Source: Bacillota bacterium (GTDB taxonomy: Bacteria; Bacillota; Clostridia; Christensenellales; UBA1242). Taken from it: a stretch of DNA of 40,268 bases. The notes beneath the pieces were generated by a model, which was not told the DNA's origin, made no database searches, and saw nothing but the letters and a program-made list of their open reading frames with translations. The translations under genes were made by a program, and so were the position numbers. The stretch lies in the NCBI GenBank assembly GCA_009780625.1, contig WQZR01000001.1, positions 1 through 40,268 on the forward strand, given 5' to 3'. How positions within the stretch are numbered: position 1 is the stretch's first letter; each line of letters opens with the position of its first letter. Of the stretch, positions 24,707-31,118 are shown piece after piece.

Positions 24707-25780
24707 ATGAAAACAGACATCAAAGACTATTGGTATGATTTGCCACCAGAACTTATTGCACAAACTCCACTAAAGAAGCGCGACGAAAGTAAGCTTCTCT
24801 ATTTTGATGGCAAAAATGTAAACCACGGAAACAAGTTTTTAGATTTGCCAAAACTATTAAAAAAAGGCGACATTCTTGTTGTAAACGAAACAAAGGTTTT
24901 GCCGATTAGACTTATTGGAAAAAAATCAACTGGTGCAGAGTGCGAAGTTTTTCTCTTAAAAGATATAGGGGTCGCACCTCAGGGCGACCCGAACAAAAAA
25001 ACATACAACGCTCTAATCAGACCAGCAAAAAGACTTAAAGTAGGAGACGCAGTTGACTGCGGCAAAATGAAAGTTAGAATATCAGAGAAACACGAAGATG
25101 GTCAAGCAACAGTTGAACTAAACTACACTGGCATCTTCGAAGAAGTTCTAGATGAGGTGGGAGAAGTCCCTCTTCCTAGTTACATAAAAAACGTAGGGGT
25201 TGCACCTCAGGGCGACCCGCTCTGCGAACGCTATAACACAATCTATGCATGTCACGCAGGCAGCAGCGCTGCACCAACTGCAGGGCTTCATTTCACACCT
25301 GAGGTGATTAAACAAGTTGAAGCGATGGGCGTGGAAATTGTTCGCATAATTCTTCATGTGGGTCTGGGAACATTTAGACCAATCAAGGTGGATAACATCC
25401 TAAATCACGACATGCACTCAGAAGAATATTTCATTTCACCTGAAGCGGCAGAAAAGATTAACAGAGCGAAAAGAGAGAATAGAAGAGTTGTTGGTGTTGG
25501 AACAACCAGCATGCGAGCTCTTGAACACAACAGTGCACAATATGGCGAAATCAAGGCAGGAAGTTTTCTTGCAAACAGTTTTATTCATAACGACTACGAT
25601 TTTAAAATAATCGATGCAATGATTACAAACTTCCACCTGCCAAATTCAACACTAGTTTTGTTGGTTTCGGCATTCGTTGGTTTTGACAACTATAAAGAAA
25701 TATATAAACAAGCCGTGGAACAGCAATATAGATTTTTTTCTTTCGGAGACTCTAGTTTCCTAATCAGACCAAGGAAATAA
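24707..25780 (+). CDS. queA: S-adenosylmethionine:tRNA ribosyltransferase-isomerase QueA
   Basis: YDLPPELIAQTP, GSSAAPTAGLHFT, GVGTTSMRALE, ITNFHLPNSTL. Two in-frame REP inserts. Confidence 0.95.
   Translation: MKTDIKDYWYDLPPELIAQTPLKKRDESKLLYFDGKNVNHGNKFLDLPKLLKKGDILVVNETKVLPIRLIGKKSTGAECEVFLLKDIGVAPQGDPNKKTYNALIRPAKRLKVGDAVDCGKMKVRISEKHEDGQATVELNYTGIFEEVLDEVGEVPLPSYIKNVGVAPQGDPLCERYNTIYACHAGSSAAPTAGLHFTPEVIKQVEAMGVEIVRIILHVGLGTFRPIKVDNILNHDMHSEEYFISPEAAEKINRAKRENRRVVGVGTTSMRALEHNSAQYGEIKAGSFLANSFIHNDYDFKIIDAMITNFHLPNSTLVLLVSAFVGFDNYKEIYKQAVEQQYRFFSFGDSSFLIRPRK
24965..24990 (+). repeat. REP copy 9 (ATAGGGGTCGCACCTCAGGGCGACCC), inside queA
   Basis: Encodes IGVAPQGDP. The head is ATAG instead of GTAG. 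Confidence 0.85.
25193..25218 (+). repeat. REP copy 10 (GTAGGGGTTGCACCTCAGGGCGACCC), inside queA
   Basis: Encodes VGVAPQGDP. A C->T change in the 5' arm leaves a T:G wobble. Confidence 0.85.
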
Positions 25781-25897
25781 TATTTTTGAAAGATTGATTT
25801 ATACGAGAGAGCAAAAACATACTGTTTGAGCCTAGAGGCGAGTTGTATTTTTTTGCGAATGAGTGTAAACAATCTTGAAAAAAGCATAGTATGAATT

Positions 25898-26464
25898 ATG
25901 AAAATAATAAAACGAAAAATGTTTATGGGGGCAAACACGGCAGACGGGTTTGTTTCTTTTTATGACCAAATCGTTGACTGGTATGACATCAAAAAAATGT
26001 ATATATTGAAGGGCGGAAGCGGAGTTGGCAAAAGCACATTTATAAAAAAATTCACAGAAAGAGTTATTGCGAATGTAGGGGTCGCGCCTAAGAGCGACCC
26101 GCAAACTTTAACAATCGATTTCATCATGTGCAGTTTCGACCCCAACTCCTACGACGGCGTGATTATTCACGAACTGGGCTTGGCAATAATTGATGGAACG
26201 CTTCCACACATCGTCGACCCAAAATATCCAGGACTTGTTGAAGAAATAATTGATTTATCAAAATATATAAACCCAAATGCTGTAGGGGTCGACCGTTGGG
26301 CGACCCGTGACCTAAAACAACAAAAAAGCGAACTATTTAAGTCCGCATATAAAACTCTAAACGATGCAATGGCTGTGCATATGCAACTTGAAGTTGTCTA
26401 TAAAGATGCTGTTGATTTCAAAAAAGTAGACAAACTAATTAGTCACATAGTCTCCAAGATATGA
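25898..26464 (+). CDS. P-loop ATPase, apparently only the N-terminal half of a longer family
   Basis: GANTADGFVSFYD...LKGGSGVGKSTF Walker A...DGTLPHIVDP. Its 3' end overlaps the convergent gene by 30 nt. Two in-frame REP inserts. Start uncertain. Confidence 0.55.
   Translation: MKIIKRKMFMGANTADGFVSFYDQIVDWYDIKKMYILKGGSGVGKSTFIKKFTERVIANVGVAPKSDPQTLTIDFIMCSFDPNSYDGVIIHELGLAIIDGTLPHIVDPKYPGLVEEIIDLSKYINPNAVGVDRWATRDLKQQKSELFKSAYKTLNDAMAVHMQLEVVYKDAVDFKKVDKLISHIVSKI
26075..26100 (+). repeat. REP copy 11 (GTAGGGGTCGCGCCTAAGAGCGACCC), inside the P-loop ATPase gene
   Basis: Encodes VGVAPKSDP. Confidence 0.9.
26282..26306 (+). repeat. REP copy 12 (25-nt subtype GTAGGGGTCGACCGTTGGGCGACCC), inside the P-loop ATPase gene
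   Basis: Encodes VGVDRWATR. The 25-nt length shifts the frame of the 3' arm relative to 26-nt copies. Confidence 0.85.
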
Positions 26465-27085
26465 AGAAAGTTTCATTTCAACCGTTTCCTGTTCTTCTTC
26501 TGGCAGGAAATCAACTGAATATGGTCTGGCGTCATTAATAATTTTCTTAGCTCTTTTATATGCTGCATGAATGATATTAAACTGTTCTGCGTTGCTAAGC
26601 ACATCTCGAATGTCTACGCCAGTGAAAGAAAGAACGTCGTCAGCGGCATAACTCTCCAAATCAAAAAGGGGAGCAGTTCTTTTAGACCAAGCCATAATCT
26701 CACCAAAGTTATCTCGTATGTCCAAATCGGCTACAATAGAACTACTATATCGACCAGTATGCGGGCTGCGTTTTCCATATAGGCTATATTGCTGTTTTAT
26801 GCTTGAACCTAAATAGTCCACTGTATCGTGCGAACGTTTAAACTCATCGTCATAGATAAGGTCGGTTTCAAAAACCACAAGATGCTCATAAAACAACTCT
26901 TTAAGTTTGTTTATGTTTTTGTGTCCGTTTGAAAGCAGTTCTAAAAGAATGTCAAACTTGTTTCTGAGTTTAAATATATAGGCGTCGTTTTGTAAGCATT
27001 TCAAAGCACCAACAATAAGAGCATTTTCTGCTTTAAAATCTCTTGGAAAGTTTTTGCTATTCTTTAATTTTTCTAAAGCAGACAT
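26435..27085 (-). CDS. Hypothetical protein (216 aa), AT-rich, accessory-looking
   Basis: Strong SD GAGGAG and a TTGACC-17-TATAAT promoter on the minus strand. No family recognised. Confidence 0.65.
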   Translation of the reverse strand: MSALEKLKNSKNFPRDFKAENALIVGALKCLQNDAYIFKLRNKFDILLELLSNGHKNINKLKELFYEHLVVFETDLIYDDEFKRSHDTVDYLGSSIKQQYSLYGKRSPHTGRYSSSIVADLDIRDNFGEIMAWSKRTAPLFDLESYAADDVLSFTGVDIRDVLSNAEQFNIIHAAYKRAKKIINDARPYSVDFLPEEEQETVEMKLSSYLGDYVTN

Positions 27086-27141
27086 CTTACTCCTCAGTAT
27101 TATAATTATACTTTATAAACCTTTGCTGGTCAATATAGGCA

Positions 27142-27165
27142 CAAAAAAACCGCTTTCGCGGTTAT
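27142..27165 (-). terminator. Terminator downstream of tRNA-Ile (minus strand)
   Basis: AACCGC-GAAA-GCGGTT plus T7 on the minus strand. Confidence 0.7.
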
Positions 27166-27170
27166 CTTTA

Positions 27171-27247
27171 TGGTAGGACTAAATGGACTCGAACCATCGA
27201 CCCCCACCTTATCAGGGTGGTGCTCTAACCAACTGAGCTATAGTCCT
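27171..27247 (-). tRNA. tRNA-Ile (anticodon GAU), CCA encoded
   Basis: Manual cloverleaf: acceptor AGGACTA/TAGTCCT, anticodon stem CCACC/GGTGG with loop CTGATAA, T-loop TTCGAGT. Confidence 0.92.
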
Positions 27248-27346
27248 AAGCGTTTTCGGTTTGGACTATAACTCACTGAGCTGACTCGCAGAGCAAGGTT
27301 CTCGCAGAGGTTCTTATAGTCCGTTACTTTATGTAAAACGAATGTA

Positions 27347-27375
27347 ATTTTAACAGAAATCGCAAGATATGTCAA
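27347..27375 (-). promoter_or_regulatory. Promoter TTGACA-17-TAAAAT (minus strand) for tRNA-Ile, giving a leader of about 80 nt
   Basis: Reverse complement read directly. Confidence 0.5.
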
Positions 27376-27417
27376 TGTAATTTATGCTATACTTTTATAT
27401 AAGAGTTAGGGGGAAAA

Positions 27418-28947
27418 ATGGCACTAAGAACATTCGTGGTGGGAGATATTCACGGAAACTTTAACGAACTTCTTGTTTTAGAACATAAAATTCAAAAAAA
27501 GGCTGGCGGGAACTATGAGTTGATTTGCACGGGCGACATCATGAATGGCGGACCTGAATCATATCAACTTTTTAAATACGTAAAAGACAACCCAAAATTC
27601 AAATTGATTCTAGGAAACAACGACGAGTTTTTCTGTAGCGGAAAAATTGAAGGAAATGTGTTTAAAGACATGGGAGTTGCAGATGCAATCAGTTGCAACG
27701 AAGCAAGCGGTGTGACAGAAACATGGAAAAGCATTCTTAAGTTCTACAAAAGGAACGATGTTCCAGTTTTTAGAGAAAACTATGGAAGCGGAGAATGGGG
27801 AGGTTTTGGCGGACTTAGCCCAAGCGTGGACGGATTTGATGATATAAGTTTTGTTAATGCAATCTTGGCATATGAACATTTCTTTAAAGATGAATTCAAA
27901 AAACCTGAAAACAGTTCAATAATAAAACAAATTAAAAAAAGATGCGTTGAGTTTTCAAAAGTTAAAACTGGGGTGGAATATACAAAACGCCTTATAACGG
28001 AAAAAGATTCGGTAACAAAACGTTTAATGGCAGACAACGCAGGTTATATAACCGAATCAACTCCACGTTATAGAAATTTCAAAGAAGACTTTTCAAGACA
28101 TATAGACATGCTTCACAAAAAAATGCAAACGGGTGTGTATGGAAGAAGCAGAATGAACGACGACCCAGCATTTGAAAAATATATAATCGAAGGGAAAGCA
28201 GTTGGTGATGCTCTTTCAAAAACTCCATATTGCGACAAAGACTATGCTTGTCTTATTTTCCTAGCTCACGTTTTTAAAGAAATGAAACACTATTTCGAGA
28301 GATGTCCAACTTCAAAAATAATAAAAGAAGAAGACAAAACAATTGGTCTTTCTCACGCTGGTTATTTCACAAGAGACACAGAAGGAAGAATAATCGACCA
28401 GTGCTATCTGTTGACAAGTCAACCAGAATATAAGGCGATGGTATACGATGTGGACGCATATGGCTGTGGCTGGTTGCCAGACACAAAACCTGGGTTTGAG
28501 CCATATGAAACTAGAAGAAAAAATATATTCTATAAAACTGGCGTAAACGAGCGTTGGGGAAGAGGACATGGAAAAAATACAGAACTTCCAGTTAGAAACG
28601 AAGAAAACACATTCGAAGGAATTTGCTACACAATCCATGGTCATGTTCCAAGAAACGAAAAACTTGGAAATGTTGTGTGCTCTTTTGGAAACAACGGCGA
28701 ACTTGTTGCAGTCAACCTAGATGGTGGTGCAAAGGGCATGGAAAAAGATGGCGATAGTGTAATTCGTTGCTTCGAACCAAAGACTGGAATATTCCTCACA
28801 GTAAACACAGAAAACGAAATTGTTAGAAGCACGCTTGAAGATTATAGAAAAGCATATGCAATTCAAAAAGCTTTTGGAACGGTTAGTCCAGCAAGCAATG
28901 TTAGGGAAGTTGTTAAAACAACAATCAAAAACCAGCATACATTATAA
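27418..28947 (+). CDS. PPP-family (ApaH/PrpE-like) metallophosphoesterase with a very large internal insertion
   Basis: VGDIHGN, TGDIMNGGPES, LGNNDEF (GNHE variant), then about 240 aa before SHAGY, then IHGHVP. Confidence 0.75.
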   Translation: MALRTFVVGDIHGNFNELLVLEHKIQKKAGGNYELICTGDIMNGGPESYQLFKYVKDNPKFKLILGNNDEFFCSGKIEGNVFKDMGVADAISCNEASGVTETWKSILKFYKRNDVPVFRENYGSGEWGGFGGLSPSVDGFDDISFVNAILAYEHFFKDEFKKPENSSIIKQIKKRCVEFSKVKTGVEYTKRLITEKDSVTKRLMADNAGYITESTPRYRNFKEDFSRHIDMLHKKMQTGVYGRSRMNDDPAFEKYIIEGKAVGDALSKTPYCDKDYACLIFLAHVFKEMKHYFERCPTSKIIKEEDKTIGLSHAGYFTRDTEGRIIDQCYLLTSQPEYKAMVYDVDAYGCGWLPDTKPGFEPYETRRKNIFYKTGVNERWGRGHGKNTELPVRNEENTFEGICYTIHGHVPRNEKLGNVVCSFGNNGELVAVNLDGGAKGMEKDGDSVIRCFEPKTGIFLTVNTENEIVRSTLEDYRKAYAIQKAFGTVSPASNVREVVKTTIKNQHTL

Positions 28948-29010
28948 AATCGTTGTCGCTTTTTAAACTTTTTGCTATAATAAAAACATTATATGCAAAA
29001 GGAAGAAAAT

Positions 29011-30414
29011 ATGGAAAACACACTAAAACTGAACACCAAAAGAACCATCTATATCGCTTTAGGGTTCTTTGCAGTTCTGATGTTTTGGCAAGTTTTTAAT
29101 TTCTATGTTCCGCTTATACTTCGAGTTATGCTTATGGACATGGGCGTTGAGAACTTCAACACAATCATTGGAATGATTATGAGTATCGACAACTTATTTG
29201 CGCTATTGTTTATTCCACTAATCGGAATTCTAAGCGACAGAACAAAAACAAGAATAGGGAAAAGGATGCCATACATTATTTGCGGTGTGGCACTAACAGT
29301 TCTTATCTTCCCATTCATTCCAGTTTTGTTCATGCTTGGAAGCGGTTGGGGTGCATTTGGCGGAGCGCTTGCAATGATGGCAATTGTTCTTATAGCAATG
29401 AGTATTGTAAGAACAACTGCAGTTGCCTTAGTTCCAGACGTAACACCAAAACCACTTAGACCAAAAGCAAACGCATATGTAAACTTCATTGGCTACATCG
29501 GTGCAATCTTAGCGGGTGGAATTGCGATGATTGTTCACGCAGACTTGGTTAAAGACCAAAGTGCAATGGTTCTTATTCCATTTATTGCAGTAAGTTTGAT
29601 TATGGTTCTGATGATTGCACTATTATTTAGAAACGTTAAAGAAAACAAAGTTCTTGCAGAAATGGAAGCTGAGCTAGAACTTGGCGAAAAAATGGCTGAA
29701 ACTGAAGCAGCAAAAAGACCAGACAGAAAGCTTACAAGACAAGATAAAATCAACCTTGCAATTATCTTAGGTTCAATCTTCCTTTGGTTCTTTGCCTTCA
29801 ATGCGGTTGAAACATTTTGGAGCACATACGGTGGCTACACAGACAACCTAACAGGCGAAGTGATTGGCGGAGTTCTTGGTGGCGGCTCGCTGGTTGGGCT
29901 TGCGGTTATAGTTCTTCCAGTCACATCTCTAATAACATTCCCATTTGTTATTTGGCTAAATAAAAAAATCGGACAGAAGTGGAGCGTGATTATGGGTATT
30001 TCCCTAATGCTTGTTCCAATGAGTTTATTGATTCTTGCAACATCTCTAGAAGGCATTCAAGGTTTCTTTGTTCTTCTTGCATTTGCTTCGTGTGGTGCAG
30101 GTTGGGCGATGATAAACGTAAACTCTTTCCCAATGGTTATGAACTATGCAAACAAAAACAACAAAGGAAAGTTTACAGGAATATACTATGTTGCCTCAAT
30201 GTCTGCTCAAACCCTAACAACGGTTATTGCAGGTCTGTTTGCAGACTATGTGTTTAACGACGACTGGAGATTCCTGTTCCCATATGCAGCAATCTTTATG
30301 GCAGGTGCTCTAGTTCTTATGTTGTTCTATAAGAGAAAACAACAAACTGAGGTTATTGCCGAAGAGGCAAAAGCAGCAACCGAAGAAATTGATGATGAAA
30401 AATTTAACTTCTAA
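29011..30414 (+). CDS. MFS transporter (GPH/SLC45-like glycoside:cation symporter type)
   Basis: 12-TM-like hydropathy and LSDRTKTRIGKRMPYI loop 2-3 motif. The ATG at 29011 has SD AAGGAAG (the track starts at 28993). Confidence 0.8.
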   Translation: MENTLKLNTKRTIYIALGFFAVLMFWQVFNFYVPLILRVMLMDMGVENFNTIIGMIMSIDNLFALLFIPLIGILSDRTKTRIGKRMPYIICGVALTVLIFPFIPVLFMLGSGWGAFGGALAMMAIVLIAMSIVRTTAVALVPDVTPKPLRPKANAYVNFIGYIGAILAGGIAMIVHADLVKDQSAMVLIPFIAVSLIMVLMIALLFRNVKENKVLAEMEAELELGEKMAETEAAKRPDRKLTRQDKINLAIILGSIFLWFFAFNAVETFWSTYGGYTDNLTGEVIGGVLGGGSLVGLAVIVLPVTSLITFPFVIWLNKKIGQKWSVIMGISLMLVPMSLLILATSLEGIQGFFVLLAFASCGAGWAMINVNSFPMVMNYANKNNKGKFTGIYYVASMSAQTLTTVIAGLFADYVFNDDWRFLFPYAAIFMAGALVLMLFYKRKQQTEVIAEEAKAATEEIDDEKFNF

Positions 30415-30444
30415 AAACAAAAAAACGCCTGACGGCGTTTTTTT
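30415..30444. terminator. Bidirectional terminator shared by the MFS gene (+) and the tRNA cluster (-)
   Basis: ACGCC-TGAC-GGCGT flanked by A7 and T7. Confidence 0.75.
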
Positions 30445-30520
30445 GGCGACCTCGATCGGACTCGAACCGACGACCTCCTGCGTGACAGGCAGGCGTTCTA
30501 ACCAACTGAACTACGAGGCC
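30444..30520 (-). tRNA. tRNA-Asp (anticodon GUC), CCA encoded
   Basis: Reverse complement GGCCTCGTAGTTCAGTTGGTTAGAACGCCTGCCTGTCACGCAGGAGGTCGTCGGTTCGAGTCCGATCGAGGTCGCCA. Loop CTGTCAC. Confidence 0.92.
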
Positions 30521-30524
30521 ATAT

Positions 30525-30601
30525 TGGTGGGCCTTCAGGGACTTGAACCCCGGACAATCCGGTTATGAGCCGGGTGCTCTAACCAACTGAGCTAAAGGCC
30601 C
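30525..30601 (-). tRNA. tRNA with CAU anticodon (Met by anticodon; sequence resembles the lysidine-modified tRNA-Ile2 type)
   Basis: Reverse complement GGGCCTTTAGCTCAGTTGGTTAGAGCACCCGGCTCATAACCGG.... Loop CTCATAA. Not initiator-like (no GGG/CCC anticodon stem). Confidence 0.85.
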
Positions 30602-30615
30602 CCACGCATAGCGTG

Positions 30616-30701
30616 TGGTGGGTAGTGGCGGATTCGAACCACCGAAGGCGAAAGCCGGGGGAGTTACAGTCCCCTGCATTTGACCGCTCTGCAAACTACC
30701 C
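30616..30701 (-). tRNA. tRNA-Tyr (anticodon GUA), class II with a long variable arm, CCA encoded
   Basis: Acceptor GGGTAGT/ACTACCC, anticodon stem GGGGA/TCCCC with loop CTGTAAC, variable arm GGC-TTTC-GCC. Confidence 0.9.
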
Positions 30702-30727
30702 ATGAGTTTTTGTATGCGACAAGAAAG

Positions 30728-30756
30728 ATTATAACATTTAATGTAGATTAAGACAA
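30728..30756 (-). promoter_or_regulatory. Promoter TTGTCT-17-TGtTATAAT (minus strand) for the tRNA Tyr-CAU-Asp cluster
   Basis: Reverse complement read directly. Confidence 0.55.
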
Positions 30757-30764
30757 GTATTTTT

Positions 30765-30983
30765 TTAATGGCATCTGCAAGAATAACCAAGGTCAGACCT
30801 TGCACAACAAGAGCCCAATGCGTCAGATTTAAGTTCTGCTTCTCTCTTTTCTTTCTCTCTTCTTTTTGCAGCCTCGTCTAAGTCACCTTTTAGTTTTGTA
30901 AGTTCAACTTTAGGTTCAGATGAAAAATCGTCAAACAGACTAAGTTGAGAAATTTTTGATGTTGAGTCTACCTTGTTTGCCAT
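30765..30983 (-). CDS. Small hypothetical protein (72 aa) with an N-terminal QLSLF motif and a C-terminal Cys/His cluster
   Basis: SD GGAGGAAAGCTCT before the ATG at 30983 and a TTGACA-N18-TATTAT promoter. The track ORF starts further upstream at 31019. Confidence 0.45.
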   Translation of the reverse strand: MANKVDSTSKISQLSLFDDFSSEPKVELTKLKGDLDEAAKRREKEKREAELKSDALGSCCARSDLGYSCRCH

Positions 30984-31118
30984 AGAGCTTTCCTCCACTA
31001 TGTAAATAATACCATTCATATACTGCCACTGTCAACACAGAATATTATTGATGCCCTCAATTTTATTTTAATATTTTATATGCCTGGTGATATAATAAAA
31101 TATTAAATAGGAGGGAAT

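Noticed and set aside
681-26306. Could the repeated GTAGGGGTCGC...GCGACCC units be a CRISPR array or spacers?
   Set aside because: The copies are scattered over 25 kb at irregular distances. They sit inside conserved genes, vary in the loop, and have no uniform spacers or cas genes. The architecture is GTAG plus a hairpin, which matches REPs, and a RAYT gene is present.
27263-27322. A second tRNA or a tRNA pseudogene upstream of tRNA-Ile
   Set aside because: Only about 13 nt resemble the tRNA 5' end. No D, anticodon or T arms can be drawn. It is kept only as a leader-hairpin observation.
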